Shown here in pieces: positions 25,013 to 34,555 of a DNA stretch of 41,933 bases. The stretch is from NCBI GenBank assembly GCA_018333725.1, contig JAGXSM010000094.1, forward strand, positions 1 through 41,933. The letters are read 5' to 3'. This DNA comes from Melioribacter sp. Lineage in GTDB: Bacteria; Bacteroidota; Ignavibacteria; Ignavibacteriales; Melioribacteraceae. Positions within the stretch are counted from its first letter, which is position 1, and each line of letters opens with the position of its first letter. The position numbers and the translations under genes were made by a program. The notes beneath the pieces were generated by a model that ran no database searches, was not told where the DNA came from, and saw nothing but the letters and a program-made list of their open reading frames with translations.

Positions 25013-26605
25013 ATGAATAACTACGATGTAATAATTATCGGCAGCGGAATTAGCGGACTTACTTCCGCGAGTATTCTCTCTCAACTCTTCAAGAAAAAAG
25101 TTCTTGTGCTTGAAAGACATTTTAAGATTGGCGGCTTCACACACATCTTTAAACGAAAAGGTGAACATGGAGAATATCATTGGGATGTTGGACTTCATTA
25201 TGTAGGTCAAATGGATTCCGGTTCGCCGACACGTGCAATGTTCGATTATGTTACCAATGGTAAACTTAAATGGAAAAAGATGCCCGATCCTTATGATGTA
25301 TTTGTTTATCCCGATTTTACATTCCGTGCGATGGAAGGAGAAAATTATCTTAAAGCTGATCTCATAAAATTATTCCCGTCCGAATCATTCGCAATTAACA
25401 ATTACTTTTCGGACTTGAAAATTATTAATCGCTGGGCCGGTCGATACAACTTCAGTTTAACACTTAAACCCACAGCAAGAAATTTCTCTTCGCATTTGTT
25501 TAGTAAAGGGGCAGAACTGGCATTAATGACGGTCAAAGAATATCTCGATCGAAATTTTAAGGATGAAAAATTAAAAGCAGTTCTGGTTTCGCAGTGGGGC
25601 GATTATGGTTTGCCGCCCTCACAAAGTTCAATGGCAATTCACGCGCTCATTGTCAGTCATTACATTTCAGGCGGATATTATCCCGTTGGCGGTTCAAAAA
25701 AAATTGCTGATTCTATTTCTCCAATTATAAAAGATGCCGGTGGAGAGCTGCTTGTTAATCATACCGCTAAAAAAATTCTTGTTGAAAAAGGAAAAGCCAT
25801 AGGAGTTAAAACCGTTAAGAAAGAAGGAACTGATTTTATTGAGAAGGAATTTTTTGCCGATAAAATAATCTCTACGGTCGGCGCAAAGATTACTTACAAC
25901 GATTTGATTCCAGAAGAATATAAACCTGAATTTGCTGATGAAATTAAAAATTTTCCGCCGAGCACGGCACATGTTAGTTTGTATGTCGGTTTGAAAGAAT
26001 CTCCCGAAAAGCTTGGCATTAAAGGAGAAAATTACTGGATCTTCAATTCATATAATCACGAACTTATAGAATCCGAAATAAGCTCGCTGTTAAACGGTAA
26101 CGTTAATAGTGTGTTTTTATCCTTTCCTTCATTTAAAGATCCGGAAGCAAAATCTCATACAGCCGAAATAATTGCTTTTGCAGGTTACGACTCCTTTGCG
26201 AAGTGGGCAGATAAACCATGGAAGAACCGGGGCGAAGAATATGATTCGATAAAGAAAAAAATCTCTGAAGCAATGATTGAGTTTACAGAGAGACATTTGA
26301 AAGGGTTCAAAAACCTGATTGATTATTCCGAACTCTCAACCCCGCTAAGTACAGAGCATTTCACCGGATTTCACTTTGGAGCTATTTACGGAATTCCCGC
26401 AACGCCGGAACGCTATAAAGTGAAATGGATTGGTCCTTACACGCACATAAAAAATCTTTATATGTCTGGCGTCGATGCATTTGGTCATGGAATTGTTGGC
26501 GGATTGATGGGTGGTGCTTTAACTTCGGCACTGGTTGTTAAAGGATTGAAAGGAATTCCATCAGTTTTTAAAGAGGCAATAAGTTATCACAAAACACTCC
26601 GGTAA
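25013..26605 (+). CDS. FAD/NAD(P)-dependent oxidoreductase, phytoene-desaturase (CrtI)/retinol-saturase-like
   Basis: 530-aa ORF. It has the dinucleotide-binding N-terminus YDVIIIGSGISGLTSA...LVLERHFKIGG and a C-terminal GVDAFGHGIVGGLMGG. Confidence 0.8.
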   Translation: MNNYDVIIIGSGISGLTSASILSQLFKKKVLVLERHFKIGGFTHIFKRKGEHGEYHWDVGLHYVGQMDSGSPTRAMFDYVTNGKLKWKKMPDPYDVFVYPDFTFRAMEGENYLKADLIKLFPSESFAINNYFSDLKIINRWAGRYNFSLTLKPTARNFSSHLFSKGAELALMTVKEYLDRNFKDEKLKAVLVSQWGDYGLPPSQSSMAIHALIVSHYISGGYYPVGGSKKIADSISPIIKDAGGELLVNHTAKKILVEKGKAIGVKTVKKEGTDFIEKEFFADKIISTVGAKITYNDLIPEEYKPEFADEIKNFPPSTAHVSLYVGLKESPEKLGIKGENYWIFNSYNHELIESEISSLLNGNVNSVFLSFPSFKDPEAKSHTAEIIAFAGYDSFAKWADKPWKNRGEEYDSIKKKISEAMIEFTERHLKGFKNLIDYSELSTPLSTEHFTGFHFGAIYGIPATPERYKVKWIGPYTHIKNLYMSGVDAFGHGIVGGLMGGALTSALVVKGLKGIPSVFKEAISYHKTLR

Positions 26606-26625
26606 AAATTAAAAAGGGTGAGTAA

Positions 26626-27747
26626 ATGAAAATTTTTATTTCAATATGTACTCTGTTGATTTTTTGTTCCGCTTCTTTCGGATTTTCATTTAATGGTATT
26701 GACCAATTAATAAATTCCGGATATCCTGAACTAAATAGAAAGTCTGCGGTTGAATTTTCTAAGCTTGCACTCAAATGTGTTCAGAAGGAATATCCCAATA
26801 AGCTTGATCACGTTATGAACGATGTAAGCGAAGTACAATCGCCCGCAAATCTTCATCCGGCTTTTTACGGATGTTTCGACTGGCACTCATCGGTTCACGG
26901 GCATTGGATGTTAGTGAGATTATTAAAACTTTTTCCGGATTTAGAAACGGCTCCAGCTATCAGAAAAGCTTTGAATGAAAATCTTACATCAGAAAATATA
27001 AGAATTGAAGTAGAGTATCTTAATCAGCCAAACAGAAAATCTTTTGAACGCACATATGGTTGGGCGTGGTTACTAAAATTAGCAGAAGAACTTAATGGAT
27101 GGGATGATCAAGAAGGAATAATTTGGTCGTCTAACTTAAAGCCGCTCGCCGATGCAATTGTAGAGCGATACATTGATTTTCTTCCAAAGCAGAATTATCC
27201 AATCCGGACCGGCGTTCATCCTAACACGGCATTTGGAATAGCATTCGCTCTCGATTATGCTCGTTCAACAAAAAATTATCAGCTCGAATCACTTCTAACT
27301 GAAAGAGGGATGACATATTATTTTAATGACGAAAGCTATGATGCAAAGTGGGAACCGGGCGGCGAAGACTTCTTTTCACCGGCATTGATGGAGGCGGATC
27401 TGATGGGAAGAATACTCGAACCAAAACACTTTGCTGAATGGTTTAATAAATTTCTTCCCGGCATAGCAATTACAAAAAGTTTGCTTGAACCCGCTGTCGT
27501 AACAGACAGAACCGACCCCAAGCTTGTTCATCTTGACGGATTGAATTTAAGCCGTGCCTGGTGTATGTTTGGAATAGTAAATCATCTGCCCGAAAGCGAA
27601 TCGCTTAAAAAAATCTTAACTGACTCGGCTATTAAGCATGCTGAGGCGGGACTGCAATATATTACAAGCGGTAATTATGAAGGTGAGCACTGGCTTGCAT
27701 CTTTTGCAGTTTATATGCTATCAGAAGTAAAATTAACTCTAAAATAA
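26626..27747 (+). CDS. DUF2891-family protein, secreted
   Basis: 373-aa ORF with a signal peptide. The block HPAFYGCFDWHSSVHGHWMLVRLL matches what I remember of DUF2891. This is a family assignment from memory only. Confidence 0.6.
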   Translation: MKIFISICTLLIFCSASFGFSFNGIDQLINSGYPELNRKSAVEFSKLALKCVQKEYPNKLDHVMNDVSEVQSPANLHPAFYGCFDWHSSVHGHWMLVRLLKLFPDLETAPAIRKALNENLTSENIRIEVEYLNQPNRKSFERTYGWAWLLKLAEELNGWDDQEGIIWSSNLKPLADAIVERYIDFLPKQNYPIRTGVHPNTAFGIAFALDYARSTKNYQLESLLTERGMTYYFNDESYDAKWEPGGEDFFSPALMEADLMGRILEPKHFAEWFNKFLPGIAITKSLLEPAVVTDRTDPKLVHLDGLNLSRAWCMFGIVNHLPESESLKKILTDSAIKHAEAGLQYITSGNYEGEHWLASFAVYMLSEVKLTLK

Positions 27748-27773
27748 TTTTGGTGGAATTTGGTGTTTTAGAG

Positions 27774-27802
27774 TTTTCGTGGCATATTGATTTGCCACTA
27801 AA
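27774..27802. repeat. short intergenic hairpin sharing a core with the 5517-5589 element
   Basis: GTGGCA (27779-27784) pairs with TGCCAC (27793-27798) around an 8-nt loop, and 3 further bp pair after one mismatch. It shares TTCGTG / TGGCAT / GATTTG / TGCCA with element 5517-5589. Confidence 0.4.
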
Positions 27803-27833
27803 TCACAAACGCACAAAATAGAAAGGAATCAAA

Positions 27834-28487
27834 ATGAAGTTAATCAGAATATATCTATTGTTTTTATTTGCATTAACAAACATTGTTGTAACTGCTCAAC
27901 ATGAAAATAATACATCAGCAGAAGCAGCATTAAAAAAACTAATGGATGGCAACAACAGGTTTGTAGAATTCAAACAGAATCATCCTCATCAAAATAAAGC
28001 CCGGCTGGAAGAAATAGCTACATCACAAAAACCGTTTGCAATTATTGTCGGCTGTTCCGATTCACGCGTTCCACCGGAAATAATCTTTGACCAGGGAATG
28101 GGAGATCTTTTCATAATCCGTAATGCCGGAAACGTAGTAGATGATTTTGCAATGGCAAGCATTGAATATGCGGTTGAACATCTTGGTGTTAGATTGATTG
28201 TTGTTCTCGGACATGAGCGATGCGGTGCAGTTGATGCAACAATCAAAGGCGGAGAACTCCCGGGTCATCTTAACCGATTAACGAGCGAGATAGAACCGGC
28301 AATACTATCAGCAAAGCGCGTAACTGGCGATTTGCTGACAAATGTTATTTACTCAAACACCAAAAGAATTACTCTACAGCTTAATTCATCGAAAGAATTG
28401 TTGAAAGAATTTGTAGAGCATAAAGGATTGAAAGTTGTTTCTGCATATTACGATCTTGATAGTGGAAAAGTTGAAGTGTTCGATTAG
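27834..28487 (+). CDS. beta-class carbonic anhydrase with signal peptide
   Basis: 217-aa ORF with zinc-ligand contexts CSDSRVPPE and GHERCGAV, plus FIIRNAGN. An AGGA lies upstream of the ATG. Confidence 0.85.
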   Translation: MKLIRIYLLFLFALTNIVVTAQHENNTSAEAALKKLMDGNNRFVEFKQNHPHQNKARLEEIATSQKPFAIIVGCSDSRVPPEIIFDQGMGDLFIIRNAGNVVDDFAMASIEYAVEHLGVRLIVVLGHERCGAVDATIKGGELPGHLNRLTSEIEPAILSAKRVTGDLLTNVIYSNTKRITLQLNSSKELLKEFVEHKGLKVVSAYYDLDSGKVEVFD

Positions 28488-28570
28488 GTATATCAATCGT
28501 TTGAATTAAATATTCTCTAAATGTAACTTAAGTACATATAAAATATTTTTTCAAAAAGTTCGGAGCAATC

Positions 28571-29914
28571 ATGTCTAAGTTTAAGTACGTGATTAAAAGA
28601 AGCGGTGCCATTGTTCCTTTCAATCCCGATAGAATTGCAAATGTAATTTACCGTGCGGCAGTTTCAGTCGGTGGAAGAGATAAAGAAAAAGCTGCCGAGT
28701 TAGCTAAACAAGTAATCGAGGTAATGGAAGAACAATTCGAAGAGGGATACAAACCGCAAGTAGAGGAGATTCAGGATATTATTGAAAAAGTCTTGATAGA
28801 AAACGGACATGCAAAAGTTGCTAAAGAATTTATATTATATAGAGAAGAGGCCGCACGAAGAAGAAGAGAAAACTCCAAACATTTTTCCAAACCGAATGAA
28901 GTTATTCCATGGAAAAAAGTCTGGCGCTCGCTCGATTGGGCTGTATCCCACAATCTTCATACGGTTGAAACTACTAACGAACGAATTCGAAACGGAGAAT
29001 TCCCACATATCGTTCACGAAGCAGAATCTTTTTATGAAACACAACTTGATACCGCAGCGGAATTAATAAAAGAACGAAGCGCCGAACTTAAAATGGTTAT
29101 GGTAAGCGGACCGTCCTCCTCCGGCAAGACAACTACAACCCTAAAACTTGAACAGCGATTAAATAAAATGGGAATGAAGTTCGTTCCATTGATTGTTGAT
29201 AATTACTTCTTCGATCTCGAACTTCACCCGAAAGATGAATTCGGCGATTACGATTTTGAAACACCGCAAGCACTTGATCTCGATTTAATTAACGATCACC
29301 TTAAACGTCTTGCTGCCGGTGAAGAAGTGAAAATTCCTTATTACGATTTTAAGATCGGTAAAAGATACCCCGATAGAAATCCTCTTCAAATTCACGAAGG
29401 AGAGGTGTTATTAATAGATAGTTTGCACGGATTATTCCCTCAATTCAGCAAGGAAATTCCGGCTGAACAGAAATTCAAATTATATCTTGAACCGCTTCTT
29501 CAAATGAAGATGCCGGACGGACAATACATTAGATGGACTGACTTACGTTTAATAAGAAGAATGTTGCGCGATTCAGTTCACCGCGCATATAACCCTGAGC
29601 AGACGTTGCTTCACTGGCATTATGTCCGTTCATCAGAGAAAAGAAACATCCTTCCCTATTGCAACACAGCTGATTATATAATAAATACATCCATGCCGTT
29701 CGAGGTTCCAATCTACCGACCAAAACTTCTCGAACATTTTAAGGAATGGGAGAAAAAATATGAGGGCGATCCGTTGAGGGAAGACGCTTATATCCGCGCA
29801 TCACGTACCCGGAAAATGCTCGAAGCAATTGAACCGGTTGAAGATGATTCATCCATTCCGGGCGATTCTGTTCTAAGAGAGTTTATTGGCGGAAGCATAC
29901 TTAATTATCATTGA
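28571..29914 (+). CDS. ATP-cone domain fused to a uridine-kinase/phosphoribulokinase-family P-loop kinase
   Basis: 447-aa ORF. The ATP-cone N-terminus is YVIKRSGAIVPFNPDRIANVIYRA...HAKVAKEFILYRE. The P-loop is VSGPSSSGKTTTT, followed by the LIVDNYFFD kinase core. A GGAG lies upstream of the ATG. Confidence 0.75.
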   Translation: MSKFKYVIKRSGAIVPFNPDRIANVIYRAAVSVGGRDKEKAAELAKQVIEVMEEQFEEGYKPQVEEIQDIIEKVLIENGHAKVAKEFILYREEAARRRRENSKHFSKPNEVIPWKKVWRSLDWAVSHNLHTVETTNERIRNGEFPHIVHEAESFYETQLDTAAELIKERSAELKMVMVSGPSSSGKTTTTLKLEQRLNKMGMKFVPLIVDNYFFDLELHPKDEFGDYDFETPQALDLDLINDHLKRLAAGEEVKIPYYDFKIGKRYPDRNPLQIHEGEVLLIDSLHGLFPQFSKEIPAEQKFKLYLEPLLQMKMPDGQYIRWTDLRLIRRMLRDSVHRAYNPEQTLLHWHYVRSSEKRNILPYCNTADYIINTSMPFEVPIYRPKLLEHFKEWEKKYEGDPLREDAYIRASRTRKMLEAIEPVEDDSSIPGDSVLREFIGGSILNYH

Positions 29915-30196
29915 TAAAATAAGAGGGTATTTCCACTTCTTCTCAGATAATATGTTTTAATCCGGCTGTCGCGGAATGTAAAAGTATTGTAAAACTTTGG
30001 TTTTGCGCGAAATCCGGCTCCGGTCAATAAAGTATTTTCCTTATGTTAGTCCCTGAAGCTTAGGGCATATTCCAACATCATTGAGAACAGCAACTATCCG
30101 GCATTAGTAGTTTAGTGATTCAAAATAGATCTTAACACCACGCCTTAAATCTTCAAGACAAGAATTAATACATAATATTTCATCGGAAAATTTTGA

Positions 30197-32011
30197 ATGA
30201 ACGCGTCTTACGGACATAAATTTCATATACCCGTTTTAGGAGTTGGTTTTTCTGTTGATGCTCCATTAAAAGTTGCAAAGTACGGAATCTCTTCAGTCAT
30301 GTCTCTTGTTGATGATACCTTATTAGAAAAGCTTCGCAAACATTATCTTGAATTGAGAGGCAAAACATATATACCAATTGAAACTGACGAAGCCGATTCA
30401 AGGGCAAAGCGAATTACTGCTTATCTTAATATGGTCAACCAATTTGTAAAAGGGGACTTTGAAAAATTAAAAAGCTCTCCTTTCGAGCCGGGCAGTGAAA
30501 TAACCAAATATTTTGAAATGCTTCCCGATGATTCTGTTCTAAAAATTCAATACCGGGAAATGCTTGAAACTTCCGACAGAACGCTAAAATTTAAAATTGA
30601 AAAAAATATCCGCGAGCAAATTACCCCCGGCTCAATCGATGTTAATATTATGACAAAGCTGGATAAAGTAAATTATGATAAGGAAGGCACTGCCCTTCCA
30701 TCTGAATTTAATGATGCTCTGGCTGCTTTGCGAGGATATGCTTCAAGCGATCTTGAAAGTTCAATAATATTTTCTGCGGGGATGAATCCTCGACTTTATA
30801 GCTATATTGAAGCTTTCAATGATTTCTATCCTGATATCAATTCTAATTTCAAAAAGAAGATTGTAATTAAGATAAGTGATTTCCGCTCAGCTCTCATCCA
30901 GGGAAAATTCTTAGCAAAGAAGGGATTGTGGGTTTCAGAATTCCGAATAGAATCCGGATTGAATTGCGGCGGACATGCTTTTGCAACTGATGGTCTGCTA
31001 ATGGGTCCGATACTTGAAGAACTCAAAAATCGTAAAGATGAATTGATCAATACGCTAAAAGAAATTTATCTGCCGGCGCTTGCTAAAAAAGAAATTGCAG
31101 TTGATGAGACAAAACTGATTTACAACCTGACCGTTCAGGGCGGCATTGGAATTTCAAGTGAGCAGGAATTTCTGATCCGTTACTATGGTGCTAAAACCAT
31201 TGGATGGGGAAGCCCGTTTTTATTAGTGCCGGAGGTAATGAATGTAGATGATTATACTTTACAGCGTTTGTGCGATGCACATGAAGAGGATTTATATTTA
31301 AGCGAAGTTTCGCCATTGGGAGTGCCATTTAACAATTTACGCAATAACAGCAAAGACATCGAGAAAGTTGAAAGAGTTGAGTTAGGAAAACCCGGGAGCC
31401 CGTGTCCTAAGAAGTTTTTAGTTTCGAACAGAGAGTTTTCCGATAAACCGGTTTGCACTGCATCAATTACATATCTCAATAAGAAAATTGCCCAGTTAAA
31501 AGAGAATGTTACGGATCCGGAACAATTCAGTAAAGAGTTTGATAGAGTTACCGATAAAGTTTGTTTATGTGAGGGACTAACCGTAACCCCGCTAATCCTT
31601 AATAATATTCCCACACCAAAACAGAGCCGCGCAGTTTCAGTATGCCCCGGTCCAAACATTGCCTACTATTCCAAAGTCGCAACGCTTAAGGAAATGGTCG
31701 ATCATATCTATGGCAGAATAAATTTGGTAACGGACGAGAACCGGCCGAATATGTTTGTTAAAGAACTTAAATTATATATCGATTACTTCGAAAACAAAGT
31801 AGAAAAATCGGCTAAGGATTTTTCCGCTCAAACAGATACTTACCTCAATACATTCCGGGATAATTTGATCGATGGAATCAACTACTACAAACAAATGGCC
31901 GGAATAATAATGTCTGAATCGAATCAAGCCAAAGAAAAAATGCTTAACGGAATTAACGAATTAGAGCAAAGATTAATCTCTTTTACTGTGCCGGTTAGCC
32001 AGTCGGCATAA
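30197..32011 (+). CDS. uncharacterised protein, divergent NMO/FabK-like FMN TIM-barrel with a Cys-rich C-terminal extension (putative)
   Basis: 604-aa ORF. HIPVLGVGFSVDAPLKVAKYGISSV, ESGLNCGGHAF and VQGGIGISS...IGWGSPFLLVPE parallel the P-x-x-x-x-x-M, G-x-E-A-G-G-H and A-G-G-I...G-T-x-F-L blocks of nitronate monooxygenase/FabK. Downstream cysteines lie in CPKKF, PVCTAS, CLCEG and CPGP. Confidence 0.5.
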   Translation: MNASYGHKFHIPVLGVGFSVDAPLKVAKYGISSVMSLVDDTLLEKLRKHYLELRGKTYIPIETDEADSRAKRITAYLNMVNQFVKGDFEKLKSSPFEPGSEITKYFEMLPDDSVLKIQYREMLETSDRTLKFKIEKNIREQITPGSIDVNIMTKLDKVNYDKEGTALPSEFNDALAALRGYASSDLESSIIFSAGMNPRLYSYIEAFNDFYPDINSNFKKKIVIKISDFRSALIQGKFLAKKGLWVSEFRIESGLNCGGHAFATDGLLMGPILEELKNRKDELINTLKEIYLPALAKKEIAVDETKLIYNLTVQGGIGISSEQEFLIRYYGAKTIGWGSPFLLVPEVMNVDDYTLQRLCDAHEEDLYLSEVSPLGVPFNNLRNNSKDIEKVERVELGKPGSPCPKKFLVSNREFSDKPVCTASITYLNKKIAQLKENVTDPEQFSKEFDRVTDKVCLCEGLTVTPLILNNIPTPKQSRAVSVCPGPNIAYYSKVATLKEMVDHIYGRINLVTDENRPNMFVKELKLYIDYFENKVEKSAKDFSAQTDTYLNTFRDNLIDGINYYKQMAGIIMSESNQAKEKMLNGINELEQRLISFTVPVSQSA

Positions 32012-32153
32012 AAAGTTTTTTTACCGCATAAAGATTTCTCTCTGCAAGTCATAATCCTGTTTTATTAAATTCTTGTGCACATTAAATTGAAGCAGTGTAT
32101 TTTTCCGCTGGGATTATTCAATTAATTATTTCTAATTCTCCGGACGGTGTTAA

Positions 32154-33137
32154 ATGAAAATACTTTTTATCGGCGGAACTGGAGTTATTAGTTCATCGTG
32201 TTCGGAGCTCTGCATAGAAAAGGGATTCGATTTATTTCTTTTGAATCGCGGCAAATCTTTCAGAACTCCGCCACAAAAGGCAAAATTGATTAATGCTGAT
32301 ATTTCTGACATCAAATCAGTTGAGTCTGCTCTTAACAATCAATCATTTGATGTTATTGTTGATTGGATCGCTTTCAACGAAAATGACGTTAAACGGGATT
32401 ATGAGTTATTCCACAACCGGACAAAACAGTATATTTTTATTAGCTCTGCATCGGCTTATCACAAACCACCGATAAAGCTTCCAATTACCGAAGACGTGCC
32501 GCTCGTTAATCCTTTCTGGAAATACTCTCAGGCAAAAATTGACTGTGAAAATTTTCTAATGAATAGATATCTCGAAGATGGTTTCCCTGTTACAATATGT
32601 CGACCTTCACACACATACGATAAAACAAAACCGGCATTGCGGATGGGATACCTTCCATTCCACCGGATGAAAAACGGGAAGAAGATTATAATCCACGGTG
32701 ATGGCAACACTTTGTGGACTTTAACACACACAAGAGATTTTGCAAGGGGTTTTTTTGGTCTGATAGGAAACATCAACACGATTGGACAGGCATATCATAT
32801 AACTTCGAATGAAACTGTAACGTGGAATCAAATAGCGGAAATATTAGCAGACAAATCTGGTTATGAATTAAAACTAATTCACATTCCAATTGATTTTATT
32901 GCTCAACACGATAAAGATTGGGGCGCCGAACTTTACGGCGATAAAGCTTATGATACTTACTTCGATAATTCCAAAATAAAAAAAATTGTACCGGAGTTTG
33001 ATGCTGCAATTCCATTGCAATCCGGCGCAGAAGAAATTGCCGACTGGTACAAACAACCATCCAATCAAACTGTAAACGAAACCTTAGATAACATGATGGA
33101 TATTATCATTAGTAATTACGAAAAACTAAAAGGTTAG
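32154..33137 (+). CDS. NAD-dependent epimerase/dehydratase (extended SDR)
   Basis: 327-aa ORF with KILFIGGTGVISS, SSASAY and the Y-x-x-x-K motif (YSQAK). Confidence 0.8.
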   Translation: MKILFIGGTGVISSSCSELCIEKGFDLFLLNRGKSFRTPPQKAKLINADISDIKSVESALNNQSFDVIVDWIAFNENDVKRDYELFHNRTKQYIFISSASAYHKPPIKLPITEDVPLVNPFWKYSQAKIDCENFLMNRYLEDGFPVTICRPSHTYDKTKPALRMGYLPFHRMKNGKKIIIHGDGNTLWTLTHTRDFARGFFGLIGNINTIGQAYHITSNETVTWNQIAEILADKSGYELKLIHIPIDFIAQHDKDWGAELYGDKAYDTYFDNSKIKKIVPEFDAAIPLQSGAEEIADWYKQPSNQTVNETLDNMMDIIISNYEKLKG

Positions 33138-33143
33138 CAAACA

Positions 33144-33992
33144 ATGAAAAAAGTATTAACAATATTATTCTTATTTATTTCTCTTTCATCTGCACAAAAC
33201 AATGCGCCGCTGGTTACATTAGCCAGAACTGAAGTTTATAAAATCACTTCTACATATAATAATGTTACTTACCCAATTTTCGTATCGCTTCCTTCAAGTT
33301 ATTATTCAACGGATAAAAATTATCCTGTTGTTTACATGCTGGACGCATATTCTTCTTTCGGAATTGTATCGCAGACCGCAAAACTTCTTGCATTCAATAA
33401 CGAGCTGCCTGAATTAATCATAGTTGGAATTTCTTCTGAGGGCGGTTCAAAGGAATTTAATTATAACCGCGCGCGGGATTATACACCAACATTCATTCAG
33501 CCAGAAAATTTACCCGCGAGTTCGCGTTCAATGGTTCCGGCTTCAGGAGGTGCCGGTAAATTTTTAGATTTTATTGAGAAGGAACTAATTCCATTTGCTG
33601 AGTCGAATTATAGAATTAACAAGAACGACCGGACTTTAATTGGTCACTCACTCGGAGGATTGTTTGTAACATTCACATTATTCGAAAAGCCACAATTATT
33701 TAGCCGGTATGTTATGATTAGTCCTGCTCTCTTCTGGGATAATAATTATATCCTTAAACTGGAAAAGAATTTTTCTGAACATGAAAAATCTCTGAATGCA
33801 ATAGTTTATACATCGGTCGGCTCGCTCGAAGAAAGTCAGTTCTTAGAGACATGGAAAGAATTTACCGGCTCATTAAAACAACATAAATACTCCGGTCTAA
33901 AACTGAAAGCAGAAATTTCAGAAAGCGAAACTCACTATACAATCATTCCGCATCTTGCTACGCGGGGTTTAAACTCTGTATTTAAACCATAA
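33144..33992 (+). CDS. alpha/beta hydrolase, putative esterase family (IroE/esterase D-like), secreted
   Basis: 282-aa ORF with a signal peptide and the nucleophile elbow GHSLGG. It starts 6 nt after the SDR gene. Confidence 0.75.
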   Translation: MKKVLTILFLFISLSSAQNNAPLVTLARTEVYKITSTYNNVTYPIFVSLPSSYYSTDKNYPVVYMLDAYSSFGIVSQTAKLLAFNNELPELIIVGISSEGGSKEFNYNRARDYTPTFIQPENLPASSRSMVPASGGAGKFLDFIEKELIPFAESNYRINKNDRTLIGHSLGGLFVTFTLFEKPQLFSRYVMISPALFWDNNYILKLEKNFSEHEKSLNAIVYTSVGSLEESQFLETWKEFTGSLKQHKYSGLKLKAEISESETHYTIIPHLATRGLNSVFKP

Positions 33993-34077
33993 TTGCTCTC
34001 TAAATTATTACTCTATTTCTCTATATTATTGATGAAAGAAAATTGATAGATTTAGGTAAACAAAAAAGGAATAATAA

Positions 34078-34527
34078 ATGAAAAGGTTTGCTTTATTTAT
34101 TATTGCAATTATCTTATTTGCAAGCTGCGATGACAACCCGGTTAGTAGTTTATCGGATAAAGCTTCGGGCGAATTACAGAAGTGGAAGTCTCTTGGAATA
34201 AATAGTTATACATTAACACAAATGCGAATTGCAAATTTTACATATTCAGGTAGATATGTTAGAATCTACGTTACCAACAATGCAATTACCGATATAAGAG
34301 ACTCAAGCGGAACGACTTCAATATCGGGTGAAAACTGGCAGTGGTATAAATCGGTAGATCAACTCTTCGACATTTTAATTGATACAAAGTATACCAAACC
34401 AAGTTACTACGAAATATTGTATGACGATACTTACCATTTTCCGGCAGCTTTATCTCTTGGCCCCGGCACGGCAAAACAATCCGAAGCATATACTTTTTTA
34501 ACAATAGAATTAATTCCAAACAAATAA
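34078..34527 (+). CDS. hypothetical lipoprotein (149 aa)
   Basis: It has a lipobox (ILFASCDDN). No recognised domain. Confidence 0.5.
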   Translation: MKRFALFIIAIILFASCDDNPVSSLSDKASGELQKWKSLGINSYTLTQMRIANFTYSGRYVRIYVTNNAITDIRDSSGTTSISGENWQWYKSVDQLFDILIDTKYTKPSYYEILYDDTYHFPAALSLGPGTAKQSEAYTFLTIELIPNK

Positions 34528-34555
34528 CAATTGCTATAATAAAGCGGAAAACAAA

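Noticed and set aside
24992-25210. 72-aa minus-strand ORF spanning the DinB / oxidoreductase junction.
   Set aside because: It overlaps the dinucleotide-binding N-terminus of the 530-aa oxidoreductase on the other strand, and has no recognisable features.
30040-30062. Near-palindrome CCCTGAAGCTTAGGG in the orphan intergenic region, considered as a candidate hairpin or terminator.
   Set aside because: The central AAGCTT is self-complementary with no loop, and the flanking stems are only 4 bp with a mismatch. No T-tract follows, so it is not a credible structure.
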